Part shown: positions 19,086 through 28,811 of the stretch, piece by piece
How positions within the stretch are numbered: the first letter of the stretch is position 1
How the letters are laid out: every line of letters starts with the position of its first letter
Position numbers and translations under genes: made by a program
Assembly: GCA_001873285.1 (NCBI GenBank)
Contig: MNYV01000177.1
Coordinates: 1 to 38,061 of the forward strand
Direction of reading: 5' to 3'
Length of the DNA: 38,061 nt
Source of the DNA: Nitrospirae bacterium CG2_30_53_67
Lineage (GTDB): Bacteria; CG2-30-53-67
The notes under the pieces: model-generated
What the model saw: only the letters and a program-made list of their open reading frames with translations
Told to the model about the DNA's origin: nothing
Databases searched by the model: none

Positions 19086-20748
19086 AAACAAGACAAAAGT
19101 CATGGTGATCGGCTTTGACGGGGCATCACTCAATGTCCTGCTGCCGATGATTCAAAAAGGTAAACTACCCCATTTTGCATCAATCATGGCATCCGGAGTC
19201 TCCGGAAAGCTGAGGAGCATCATCCCCCCCATATCCGGTCCCGCATGGACGACCTTTGCAACCGGTGTTTATCCCGGCATGCACGGTATTTATGATTTTT
19301 TCCGGAATCTCCAAGAGAACTATGCATGCACACCAATAAACAGTTCTTTCATCCCGCTGAAGACCCTATGGGAAATCCTCTCGGACCAGGGGAAAAAAGT
19401 AGGCGTCATGAACATGCTCTTTTCCTACCCTCCCCAGAGAGTCAACGGATTTGTGGTTTCCGGGAGGGGGACGCCGAATGAGAATGTGAAATATGCATAT
19501 CCTGAACGGATCAAAGATGAAATCCTGGATTTTGAACCCCATTACCGAATAGAGGCTTACAGACAGATCTCCATGACCGGACACTTTCTGAAGCTCCTTG
19601 TGGATCAGTTGAAATGTCAGGAGCGGGTGAACCAATATTTATTCCGGAAATATTCTTGTGATTTTACCATGTCTTATTTTGCGGTACCGGACCTTATCCA
19701 GCATATATTCTGGAAATATATGGATCCAACTCATCCGAATCACGATCATCAGGATGCGAAACGGCTGCTCCCTTTGATCGAAGGCTGCTATCAAGTGCTG
19801 GATGATATCCTTTCCGAGAGATTGAAGATGATGGATGAAGATACGATCTTGATCGTCGTATCCGACCATGGGGCCGGTCCTCTGCACAAAATGGTTCAGA
19901 TCAACAAATGGCTTCAGGACGCGAAGCTCCTCTTCCTCAAAGAGGAATACAATAAAAAGGGTACCTTGAGATCCTTGCTCATGCTGAACAAGCTTCTTAA
20001 GGGGCTGATCAGCATCACCTCAAAGGTGGACATCTTAGGCCTGAGAAGGCTGATCGGCTTCAAGACAAGAGAGAAAAGAATGTTATACAGCAAGCATAAA
20101 TTCATAGATTGGTCCAGGACCAAGGCCTATGCCGGAAGGCTTGCGGAGTGCGGGATCCATGTCAATCTCAAAGGCCGGGAAGGCGGGGGGATCGTTGAGA
20201 GCGGCGATGAATATGAAAAGATCCGGGAATTCATCATCTCCAATCTTTCAGAACTGAAAGATCCCCAGACCGGGGAGAAGGTTTTCGAAAAAATATGGAA
20301 AAGGGAGGATCTTTATCGAGGTCCCTATGTTTCCCATGCGCCCGACCTTATCCTTGATTGCGGAGACCGTCCTTATGCGGCGAATGACAGCTTGTGGTCA
20401 AACGAATTGCTGGAGAAGGTTCCCAAGAGCGGCGTCACAGGGATGCACAGAAATGACGGTATCATCATGGCCTTGGGCAAAGGGATCAAGAAGGGAGCGA
20501 AGATACAAGGCGCGGGCCTTTCTGATCTGGCGCCGACCATCTTGTCTCTGATCGGAGCGGAGATCCCGGCTTATATGGAGGGAAAGGTTCTTACCGATCT
20601 GATGGTTTCCCCCTCTCAGGCGGCAAGAAAGCCGTCGGGTAAGGGTTGGGATCGTCCGCAGGCGCCGGAGGAAAAAGAAAAAGTCATCTATTCCGAAGAA
20701 GAATCCGAAGACATCAGCAAACGCTTGAAAGACCTTGGATACCTTTAG
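19072..20748 (+). CDS. Alkaline phosphatase superfamily protein (nucleotide pyrophosphatase/phosphodiesterase type)
   Basis: VIGFDGA, S.IPPIS.PAWTTFATG..PG.HGIYDF, D..QH.FW, VSDHG, GMH, DLAPTIL; no signal peptide. Confidence 0.85.
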   Translation: MEQNKNKTKVMVIGFDGASLNVLLPMIQKGKLPHFASIMASGVSGKLRSIIPPISGPAWTTFATGVYPGMHGIYDFFRNLQENYACTPINSSFIPLKTLWEILSDQGKKVGVMNMLFSYPPQRVNGFVVSGRGTPNENVKYAYPERIKDEILDFEPHYRIEAYRQISMTGHFLKLLVDQLKCQERVNQYLFRKYSCDFTMSYFAVPDLIQHIFWKYMDPTHPNHDHQDAKRLLPLIEGCYQVLDDILSERLKMMDEDTILIVVSDHGAGPLHKMVQINKWLQDAKLLFLKEEYNKKGTLRSLLMLNKLLKGLISITSKVDILGLRRLIGFKTREKRMLYSKHKFIDWSRTKAYAGRLAECGIHVNLKGREGGGIVESGDEYEKIREFIISNLSELKDPQTGEKVFEKIWKREDLYRGPYVSHAPDLILDCGDRPYAANDSLWSNELLEKVPKSGVTGMHRNDGIIMALGKGIKKGAKIQGAGLSDLAPTILSLIGAEIPAYMEGKVLTDLMVSPSQAARKPSGKGWDRPQAPEEKEKVIYSEEESEDISKRLKDLGYL

Positions 20749-20782
20749 AGGTCCAATTTTAGATGGATTGAAATCATCATCA

Positions 20783-21718
20783 ATGAAAAAAATTATTGAT
20801 CTCATCATATGGTTCGTATGGTTCCCGTTAAGGGATTTCCTGCTTTTAACACCACATCGCGTAAAACATTTCATTCTTGGCTTTTGTGCGGCCTTATTCT
20901 ATCTGGCAGATTCCAGAAGAAGAAATGGTGTTAAAGAGGAAGTTCAATTGCTGTATGGGTCCCGTTTTAACAAAAAAGAGATTAACAGAATCGCCAGATC
21001 AAGTTTTGATCATTTTTTCAACAGGCTGTTCGAAAATCTTTATTACGGCCGGATTGATGCGGAATATTTCAACAGGATTGCTTCCATAGAGGGTCTCGAT
21101 CACCTGAAAACCGCGTTACAAAAGAATAAAGGGGCGCTTCTGATACAATTCCATTTCGGATCCTTTCTGCTGATCCTCCTTGCTCTTGCTTTTCAAGGGA
21201 TCAGGGTGAACGCCTTTGCAGGGGCTCCTCTGAAAGGAGAAGGGTATATAAAAAAGAAACTGGTTGAATTAAGGAATCATGAAAGGGAGACCTATCCTTT
21301 CGGCGTCCTGACCATCCGGTCTTCGCTTCTTCCGGTCGTAAAGGCATTGAAGAAGAACGAAGTGATAGGAGTGACGATTGACGGGAGGCAGGGAACAAAT
21401 TTTATTCCGATCAGATTATTCGAGCGGACTGCTCTCTTTTCAACGGGCCTGATAGATTTGAGCATCAGAACAGGCGCTCCGATTCTGCCCCTTGCCGTTG
21501 TGAGGGGCAAAGATAAAAAACAGAGGGTCATCATTGAACCCGAGATGGAACTTATAAAAAGTGATGACAGGGAGGAGATGCTGCGGTTGAATCTTGAAAA
21601 GTATATCAGAAACTATGAGAAATATTTACTGAACCATCCTGATCATATGGCGATGACTTTATATAGTATGAGGGAAGAAGTAAGGAAGGGAATCAATTCA
21701 CCCCTTTTTATAGATTGA
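20783..21718 (+). CDS. LpxL/HtrB-family acyltransferase homolog 2
   Basis: IEGLDHL..AL..NKGALLIQFHFG, LKKNEVIGVTIDG, LF...ALFSTG...LS..TGAPILP, HPDH. Confidence 0.8.
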   Translation: MKKIIDLIIWFVWFPLRDFLLLTPHRVKHFILGFCAALFYLADSRRRNGVKEEVQLLYGSRFNKKEINRIARSSFDHFFNRLFENLYYGRIDAEYFNRIASIEGLDHLKTALQKNKGALLIQFHFGSFLLILLALAFQGIRVNAFAGAPLKGEGYIKKKLVELRNHERETYPFGVLTIRSSLLPVVKALKKNEVIGVTIDGRQGTNFIPIRLFERTALFSTGLIDLSIRTGAPILPLAVVRGKDKKQRVIIEPEMELIKSDDREEMLRLNLEKYIRNYEKYLLNHPDHMAMTLYSMREEVRKGINSPLFID

Positions 21719-21719
21719 A

Positions 21720-22865
21720 ATGTATAAGATTATAAACAAGAAAAAGCTTGCGGCTACCATTGCAGCGGATGCCATTGGAAAAATTATCTTTCTGCCAAAG
21801 CTGCTGTCCAGAAAAAGCAGGAAAATCATGGATAACGGGATCAGGGATATCCTGGTCATCCGGACTGCCTATATTGGTGATGTTGTGATGACAATGCCCA
21901 TTCTGAAACCATTGAAGGAAAAATTTCCAGGATCAAGGATCTCTTTTCTCACATCAACTCCAGCAGGAGAAGTTCTGAAAAACAACCCTTATCTGGACGA
22001 TGTGATCACATACGATCCCTTCTGGTTTTACCCTACTCAGAAAAAAAAGTATCTTGAATTTATTAAAGCGCTGAAAAAAAGATCATTTGACCTGGTGATT
22101 GAGTCCCGGGGCGATATCAGGGAATTGCTGTTTCTGGTCTGGCCATTGAAGGCAAAGTTCAAGCTGAGTTACGATTTCGGCGGCGGGGGTTATCTTTTAA
22201 CGGATATTGTTCCTTATAACGGGTTGAAACACAAGGTTGAATATCATTTTGATATGATCAGATACCTTGGCTGTGATATCGGAGATCTCGACTGGGGAGT
22301 CTATCTTACAGAAGGGGAAAAAAATAAGGTCAGAGAGATTCTTGAGAAGAATTCAATCAGAAAACCTTTTATTTCCGTGCACCCCGGGGCAAGAATCCCT
22401 CTGAAGAGATGGATGACTGATCGGTACGCTAAATTATGTGACCGGCTTATTGAGGATTATGGTTTACCGCTCATTGTGCTTGGGGCTAAAGGAGAAAGAG
22501 ACATCGTTGATGAAATACTGAGGGAAATGAGACACAGACCGACAGATCTTGTTGGGGCACTGACTCTCAGAGAGCTTTCAGGAATCTTGTCGGAGTCGGC
22601 TCTTTTCATCTGCAATGACAGCTCGCCGATGCATATCGCTGCATCAATGAAAACCCCAACCGTTGCAATTTTCGGGCCGTCGAAAAGCGTCGAAACGGCC
22701 CCATACGGGAACGTGAACAGGATTGTTGAAAAAGATTACCCATGCAGATGCCATTGTGATGAAAGCTCTTGCCATAATAAACGATTTCATGGCTGCATGA
22801 GAGACATTGAAGTGGAGGATGTCCTTTCAGCAGTTGGAGAAATTACAAAGGAATTGAGATTGTAA
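21720..22865 (+). CDS. Glycosyltransferase family 9 (heptosyltransferase-like)
   Basis: ILVIR...IGDVVM..P, NPYLD, HPGA...KRW, NDSSPMHIAA...TPTVAIFGP. Confidence 0.9.
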   Translation: MYKIINKKKLAATIAADAIGKIIFLPKLLSRKSRKIMDNGIRDILVIRTAYIGDVVMTMPILKPLKEKFPGSRISFLTSTPAGEVLKNNPYLDDVITYDPFWFYPTQKKKYLEFIKALKKRSFDLVIESRGDIRELLFLVWPLKAKFKLSYDFGGGGYLLTDIVPYNGLKHKVEYHFDMIRYLGCDIGDLDWGVYLTEGEKNKVREILEKNSIRKPFISVHPGARIPLKRWMTDRYAKLCDRLIEDYGLPLIVLGAKGERDIVDEILREMRHRPTDLVGALTLRELSGILSESALFICNDSSPMHIAASMKTPTVAIFGPSKSVETAPYGNVNRIVEKDYPCRCHCDESSCHNKRFHGCMRDIEVEDVLSAVGEITKELRL

Positions 22866-24136
22866 TGTTCAGATTCGATGCACTAAATGTATATAACACC
22901 AAAGATTTAAAACCTGGGATTAAAAAATTGCTCCTGGGCAAGTATGGCGATCTCCTGCCGTCGGACAGAAATGCAAAGATCCTAATCAAACCCAATTTGA
23001 ACAGCAATATGAACGCGCTGACCGGCAACACCACGGATCTCAGGCTCTTGTCGGCAGTCATTGAGCTTTTGAAAGAGAATGGTTATCAGGACATCACCAT
23101 TGGAGAAGGAACAAACAGCGGGTTTTATAGGAATAACATCAGCGTGATCAGTCGATTGAAGGTTGATGCTCTGGCTGACTACTATGATGTCTCAGTGAAG
23201 GATTTAAACTATTCCAAGACCGTGGAGGTCGAATTTGAGAAAGGTGTCAAGGCGGGTGTTGCAAAAGAATGCATGGAAGCCGATCTCTTCATCAATATGC
23301 CGAAACTCAAGACCCATTTTGAGAACGGCATGAGTGTATGCCTGAAGAACCTTATGGGGTGCCTGGTAGGCCAGGAAAACAAGAAGAAGACCCATCAATC
23401 CCTTGAAGCGAACATTCTCAATATCAATAAATTTCTAAAGCCCCATCTTCATATCGTGGACGCGATCTTCTCCATGGAAGGCCTCGGCCCCACCCGCGGA
23501 ACGCCCGTCAAGACCGGAATGGTTCTCATCGGGACAGACCCCTATTTAATAGATCTGATGTGTGCCAAGTTCGCTTCTTTTAATCATAAAAAAGTCAGAA
23601 CCCTCGTGGAGTCGGAGAAAAGAGGGATTGTGAATTCGCAGTACCACAAATTTGTGAATGAATTTCAGTTTGAAAAACTTTTCAAATTCGCACCGCCTAA
23701 AGCCGGACCCATAGCGACTTTCATCCACAGCCCCAAAAGGCAGAGATACTTTCTTGCCGTGAGGAACACACCGGTTTTCAACTTCTTATGCTCGACCGAA
23801 CTGGGCGGGAAATTGTTATACCGTACAGGGTTGAGGCAGGATGTCTTTATCAAGGACGAGATGGAATGCACAGGCCTCTCGGTCGACATGAAGCGGTGCA
23901 CGCAATGCGGGAAATGTTCTGATTATTGTCCTTCGGGTTTAACCCTGCCGGACGTCCTTGCAGAGGAAGGAGAATTAAATCCAAAGGGAAATCGGGGTAA
24001 GAAATGTTTATTCTGTTTATACTGTTTCTGCGTCTGCCCTGAGAATGCAATTTTGTTTCACGGCAAACTCGGTTTCATGGAAGAGCAGATGAAACAGTAC
24101 GGAGAGATCATCAAGAAGATCGTCAGAGAGGAATAA
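22865..24136 (+). CDS. DUF362 domain protein with C-terminal 2[4Fe-4S] ferredoxin
   Basis: ILIKPN, IN.PKLKTH, LKNLMG, DAI..MEG.GP..G, D..CA; CTQCGKCSDYCP and CLFCLYCFCVCP. Confidence 0.88.
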   Translation: MFRFDALNVYNTKDLKPGIKKLLLGKYGDLLPSDRNAKILIKPNLNSNMNALTGNTTDLRLLSAVIELLKENGYQDITIGEGTNSGFYRNNISVISRLKVDALADYYDVSVKDLNYSKTVEVEFEKGVKAGVAKECMEADLFINMPKLKTHFENGMSVCLKNLMGCLVGQENKKKTHQSLEANILNINKFLKPHLHIVDAIFSMEGLGPTRGTPVKTGMVLIGTDPYLIDLMCAKFASFNHKKVRTLVESEKRGIVNSQYHKFVNEFQFEKLFKFAPPKAGPIATFIHSPKRQRYFLAVRNTPVFNFLCSTELGGKLLYRTGLRQDVFIKDEMECTGLSVDMKRCTQCGKCSDYCPSGLTLPDVLAEEGELNPKGNRGKKCLFCLYCFCVCPENAILFHGKLGFMEEQMKQYGEIIKKIVREE

Positions 24137-24172
24137 CGGTTCCTAAAATAATATGAGAGGGGAATAATCGCC

Positions 24173-25624
24173 ATGAAGATACTTTTATTGAATCCGCCTT
24201 TTTTAGAACATTTCTCCCGTCCGCAGCGAAGTCCTGCCGTGACCAAGAGCGGGACGCTCTATTTCCCCATGTGGCTGGCCTATGCGGCAGGGGCGCTCAT
24301 CGAGAACGGCTTTGAAGTCGATCTGGTTGACGCCCCGGCGGACGGTTACAGCATAGATGATATCGTTGATCGGGTGAAGAAATTTCAGCCGCATCTGATG
24401 GTCTTGGAAACCAGCACGCCGAGCATTTATAATGACGTCGCTGTCGCCGGCAGATTGAAAGACTTATTGCCCTCTTCGTTCATCATCTTGGTGGGCACCC
24501 ATGTGTCAGCCCTTCCTGGGGAGAGTCTGAAAATCGATTCGAGAGTGGATGCTGTGACAAGATATGAATATGATTATACCCTTCTGGACCTCGCGAAAAA
24601 ATTGGAGAGAAAGGGAGATTTAAAAGAGGTTTCAGGCATCAGTTTCAGGGCCGACGGGAAAATCATTCATAATCCTCTCAGGCCGCACATAGAAAACCTC
24701 GATGAATTACCGTTCGTGAGCCGCGTGTACAAGAAGTTTCTCAACATAGAAAACTATTTCAATCCCAATGCCCTCTATCCCATGGTCACCATCACAACAA
24801 GCAGAGGCTGTCCTTTTCCCTGTGTATTCTGTGTTTATCCCCAGACCATGATGGGGAAGAAGTTCCGGTTAAGAAGCATTGAGAATGTGGTGGCTGAAAT
24901 GAAATATATTGTTGATGAATTCCCCCAGGCCAAGGCCATTTTTTTTGAGGATGACACCATCACGGCCAATAAGAAGCGCTGCAAGGAATTCGCCGAACTG
25001 ATTTTGAAGGAAGGCGTCAAGATATCCTGGACGGCCAATGCGAGGGTGGGGCTGGATTATGAGACCATGCTCCTGATGAAGAAAGCAGGCTGCCGGTCTT
25101 TATGCGTGGGATTTGAAAGCGGGAGCCAAAGGATCTTGGATAATATGAAGAAAAAGATCAAACTGGAAGAGATGGAGCAGTTCATGCAGGATGCAAAAAA
25201 GTCCGGCATCCTGATTCACGGCTGCTTTATGGCTGGGCTTCCCGGAGAAGACCGGGAGACCATGAACGAGACGCTCGAACTGGCAAAAAGGCTGAATCCC
25301 GATACGGTACAGTTCTACCCGGTCATGGTCTATCCGGGAACCGAGGCCTATGATTGGTACAAGACGAGAGGCTTGATCGCCACGGATGATTTTTCCAAAT
25401 GGATCACGCCTGAGGGGCTGCATAACACGGTGATCAGGACCGAGGATGTCCCCTCCAGGGAACTTGTAAAATTCTGTGATGATGCGAGACGATCTTTTTA
25501 CCTCAGGCCGAGTTATATGATTTACAAGCTTGGACAGATGATGGCTCATCCCAGAGAGATCAAGAGAACCGTAAAATCCGCCAGGACATTTTTTAAATAT
25601 CTTCTAAAAGGTTCCGACATATAA
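24173..25624 (+). CDS. Cobalamin-binding radical SAM enzyme
   Basis: N-terminal B12-binding domain (LLNPP...P.WLAY, VGTHVS), TSRGCPFPCVFC, FEDD, GFESGSQ, YPGT. Confidence 0.92.
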   Translation: MKILLLNPPFLEHFSRPQRSPAVTKSGTLYFPMWLAYAAGALIENGFEVDLVDAPADGYSIDDIVDRVKKFQPHLMVLETSTPSIYNDVAVAGRLKDLLPSSFIILVGTHVSALPGESLKIDSRVDAVTRYEYDYTLLDLAKKLERKGDLKEVSGISFRADGKIIHNPLRPHIENLDELPFVSRVYKKFLNIENYFNPNALYPMVTITTSRGCPFPCVFCVYPQTMMGKKFRLRSIENVVAEMKYIVDEFPQAKAIFFEDDTITANKKRCKEFAELILKEGVKISWTANARVGLDYETMLLMKKAGCRSLCVGFESGSQRILDNMKKKIKLEEMEQFMQDAKKSGILIHGCFMAGLPGEDRETMNETLELAKRLNPDTVQFYPVMVYPGTEAYDWYKTRGLIATDDFSKWITPEGLHNTVIRTEDVPSRELVKFCDDARRSFYLRPSYMIYKLGQMMAHPREIKRTVKSARTFFKYLLKGSDI

Positions 25625-25642
25625 GCGTGATCCGGATTTGTC

Positions 25643-26620
25643 ATGATCGAATATTCAGTCATTGTTCCGGCATATAATGCCGTCTCCACCCTGGATGGTT
25701 GTCTCAACGCCTTGCTCAACCAGTCCATCAGCAAGGAGCGCTACGAAGTCATCGTGATTGACGACGGATCCACGGACAGGACGGCGGATCAGGTGAAAAA
25801 CTATCCGGTAAGATACCTATATCAGAAAAACCATGGGCCTGCAACGGCCCGGAATACGGGCGTGAAAGAGGCCATAGGTCACATCGTTCTTTTTACGGAT
25901 TCGGACTGTGTACCGGATGTCCACTGGATCAGAGAGATGGTCCGTCCATTCGATGACAAAGAGGTTGCGGCTGTGAAAGGGGCTTACCGGACCCGGCAAA
26001 AAAGTCTCACGGCCAGATTTTCTCAGATGGAGTTTGAGGAAAGATTTGCGATGCTTAAAAAGGCCGGAACCATTGATATGGTGGACACGTATTCAGCGGG
26101 ATTTCGCAAAGAGATATTCTTGAAAATGGGCGGTTTCGATATCAGCTTTCCCGCAGCCAACAATGAAGACACGGAGTTTTCCTACAGGATGTCTAAGCTG
26201 GGTTATCGGATGGTTTTTAATCCTGACGCCATTGTCTATCATTTGAATCATCCTGATACGATTCGTAGATATGCGAGACTCAAATTTTGGAGAGGTTATT
26301 GGCGCATGGTGGTCTATAAAAGATTTCCGGATAAGATGCTCAAAGACACATATACGCCGCAGACTTTGAAACTGCAGATCCTGTTTCTCTTCCTTGTTTT
26401 TGCATGTTTGCCGTTTACAGTTTTATTCCGTCCGCTGGGTTTATATGCTTTGTTTTTTTCGGCAATCCTTCTAAGTGTGTTTCTTCTTCCCTTTACCCTG
26501 TTCGCCTTTAAGAAGGATCCGTTCATCGGCGCCGCGGCCCCGTTCTTTCTGTTGGTCAGGGCGGCCTCGCTGGGGTTGGGGATGTTGAGGGGCATGGGCG
26601 GGGGCACGCGGAAGATTTGA
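25643..26620 (+). CDS. Glycosyltransferase family 2 with C-terminal TM helices
   Basis: SVIVPAYN, IDDGSTD, GPATARNTG, FTDSDC, GGFD, NEDTE. Confidence 0.92.
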   Translation: MIEYSVIVPAYNAVSTLDGCLNALLNQSISKERYEVIVIDDGSTDRTADQVKNYPVRYLYQKNHGPATARNTGVKEAIGHIVLFTDSDCVPDVHWIREMVRPFDDKEVAAVKGAYRTRQKSLTARFSQMEFEERFAMLKKAGTIDMVDTYSAGFRKEIFLKMGGFDISFPAANNEDTEFSYRMSKLGYRMVFNPDAIVYHLNHPDTIRRYARLKFWRGYWRMVVYKRFPDKMLKDTYTPQTLKLQILFLFLVFACLPFTVLFRPLGLYALFFSAILLSVFLLPFTLFAFKKDPFIGAAAPFFLLVRAASLGLGMLRGMGGGTRKI

Positions 26621-26706
26621 GCGTCATTTTGCTGCATGGCCTGCTCAGTGTCCCAACGGGAAAAGTAAGATGGGGTATGTTGTTTTTTCCAGATTCAGCC
26701 GGTTTC

Positions 26707-26735
26707 TTTACAAATTCAGTTCAAGCTGGTATGCT
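26707..26735 (+). promoter_or_regulatory. sigma70-type promoter for the S8 protease
   Basis: TTTACA-N17-TATGCT with extended -10 TG. Confidence 0.4.
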
Positions 26736-26846
26736 TCAATCTTCGGTAAACCATGCATCTTTGAATAAGATGGCAGATGAGGTCCAATATTATTTTAGGA
26801 AGTAGGAGAAACAGAGAATTATTTAACGAGGAAAAGGAGGTTGATG

Positions 26847-28472
26847 ATGTCAAAGCGGTTGATTAAAAAGGGAATTTCATGTTTATGGGTTCTGAGTTTA
26901 TGGATCTTGATTGCAACGGGCATGGCTGAGGCGCAATCAGAGCAGAGACCGGAATATCTTCCGGATGAGGTTCTCGTCGGTTTCAAGGACCATGCGGCGA
27001 AGCATGCCGTAGACGTCGTGCTGGCGCAGGTTAACGGGCAGGTTGTGAGAAAGTTCCGTCTTGTTCCGATCATGCTTCTGAAGGTTCCGAACCATACGGT
27101 TCTCTCGGTCGTGAGATTTCTGAAAAGCCGGCCGGAGGTGGAATTTGCGGAGCCCAACTATCTCCGTCGCCTCCATGCCGCGCCGAACGATCCGAGGTAT
27201 GGGGAGATGTGGGGTTTGAACAATACGGGCCAGACCGGCGGCACATTCGATGCGGACATTGACGCCCCGGAGGCCTGGGGCCTGACCACGGGGGATCCGA
27301 ATAGGGTCGTTGCCGTGATCGACTCCGGGGCCGACCTCAACCATGAGGACCTGGCCGGGAATATCTGGACGAATCCCGGTGAGATCCCGGGCAACGGAAT
27401 GGATGATGACGGCAACGGTTTTATTGATGATGTCCATGGATGGGACTTCGCCCATGATGACAGTGATCCGTCGGACACCGATGCAGCCTGCGGCGGGCAT
27501 GGGACGCACACGGCCGGGACCATCGGCGCAAGAGGAAACAATGGGATCGGAGTCACCGGCGTGAATTGGGATGTGAAGATCATGCCCCTGAAGGCGTTCA
27601 GGTCGTTTCTGGGTTTATGTTCAGCATCTTCATCGGATATCATCGGCGCCATAGACTATGCAGCCATGATGGGCGTCAGGGTATCGAGTAACAGCTACGG
27701 CGGCGGTCCCTACAGCCAGTCCGAATTCAACGCGATCCAGGCGTCAAAGGGCCTCTTTGTGGCCGCGGCGGGGAACGAGGGGAATAACAATGATGTCACG
27801 CCGAATTATCCCTCGAACTATAATCTGAATAATATCATCGCGGTGGCGGCTACCGATCACAATGATCTTCTTGCCTATTTTTCCAACTATGGGACAAATT
27901 CCGTGGATCTGAGCGCCCCCGGCGTGGACATCCTCAGCACCACCCCGAACAATACCTACAGCCTGTTCAGCGGGACCTCCATGGCCACGCCGCACGTGGC
28001 CGGAGCGGTTGCGCTTCTTATGGGTTCTGATTCCAGTCTTACGAACAACGAAGTGAAATGGAGGATCTTACAGGGGGCGGATAACAAGTCGCTCCCCGTG
28101 CTGACCGGGGGCCGGCTGAATGTCAACCATTCGCTGACGCTGCCGCCGCCGCAGGTTACGGTTACCGTGACCCCGAATGGGTCCACGACCCTTTCTCCGG
28201 GAGGCATCCTCTCCTTCATCCTCACCCTGCATAACAATGAACCCGCGCCTCAAACCGCGGTGATATCCCTGGCGCTGGTCAAACCGGATGGGAGCGAACT
28301 TGTCCTCGTCCAGCGTGCCTTGACCGTGCCGGCCAATGGCACCTTGAACAAAACGATTTCCAAAAAGCTGCCTTTAGGGATGGTCCCCGGCGAATATCAG
28401 ATGGCAGGGAGGGCGGAGATCCCGGCGATGAGTTATGATGAAGATCTCGTCGTATACAATGTCGTGCCATAA
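26847..28472 (+). CDS. Secreted subtilisin-family (S8) serine protease with propeptide and C-terminal Ig-like domain
   Basis: Signal peptide (AEA), AEPNY propeptide end, triad VIDSG / GHGTH / GTSMATPH, AAAGN; AGGAGG RBS favours ATG 26847. Confidence 0.93.
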   Translation: MSKRLIKKGISCLWVLSLWILIATGMAEAQSEQRPEYLPDEVLVGFKDHAAKHAVDVVLAQVNGQVVRKFRLVPIMLLKVPNHTVLSVVRFLKSRPEVEFAEPNYLRRLHAAPNDPRYGEMWGLNNTGQTGGTFDADIDAPEAWGLTTGDPNRVVAVIDSGADLNHEDLAGNIWTNPGEIPGNGMDDDGNGFIDDVHGWDFAHDDSDPSDTDAACGGHGTHTAGTIGARGNNGIGVTGVNWDVKIMPLKAFRSFLGLCSASSSDIIGAIDYAAMMGVRVSSNSYGGGPYSQSEFNAIQASKGLFVAAAGNEGNNNDVTPNYPSNYNLNNIIAVAATDHNDLLAYFSNYGTNSVDLSAPGVDILSTTPNNTYSLFSGTSMATPHVAGAVALLMGSDSSLTNNEVKWRILQGADNKSLPVLTGGRLNVNHSLTLPPPQVTVTVTPNGSTTLSPGGILSFILTLHNNEPAPQTAVISLALVKPDGSELVLVQRALTVPANGTLNKTISKKLPLGMVPGEYQMAGRAEIPAMSYDEDLVVYNVVP

Positions 28473-28595
28473 GCGGCCCATGGCTATTGGCCCGGAGGAA
28501 GGTCTTGGCAGGGAAGCTCCCGGTGATATGATAAAATCAATGCGGAGTTCCGTTGCAGAATAGTCCGTGCCGGTTTGCGATGGAGGGGAAAGCCC

Positions 28596-28811
28596 ATGCA
28601 TTTTGAAGAGCATATTACCCAGGCCCTGGAGGATTCGGAAAACTTCTCGAGGAAGGTGGCCATTTCCTTCTTCAAGACGCTCAAGCGTGCCGGGTGTACG
28701 GATCAGCAGATCATCTCCGTGGCCACGGATGTGATCGGATGTCTGGTGGAAAGCCTCGAAAAATTCGAACAGAAAAAGATGAAGGAGGAAAAGGACACGA
28801 AGACCCGGTAG
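28596..28811 (+). CDS. Small helical hypothetical protein (71 aa)
   Basis: GGAGGGG RBS; amphipathic helices (FFKTLKRAGCTDQQIISVATDVIG); followed by a terminator. Confidence 0.65.
   Translation: MHFEEHITQALEDSENFSRKVAISFFKTLKRAGCTDQQIISVATDVIGCLVESLEKFEQKKMKEEKDTKTR

Noticed and set aside
28150..28472. PEP-CTERM-type sorting signal on the S8 protease (ends VVP)
   Set aside because: No PEP motif, TM helix or basic tail; the region looks like a soluble Ig-like domain
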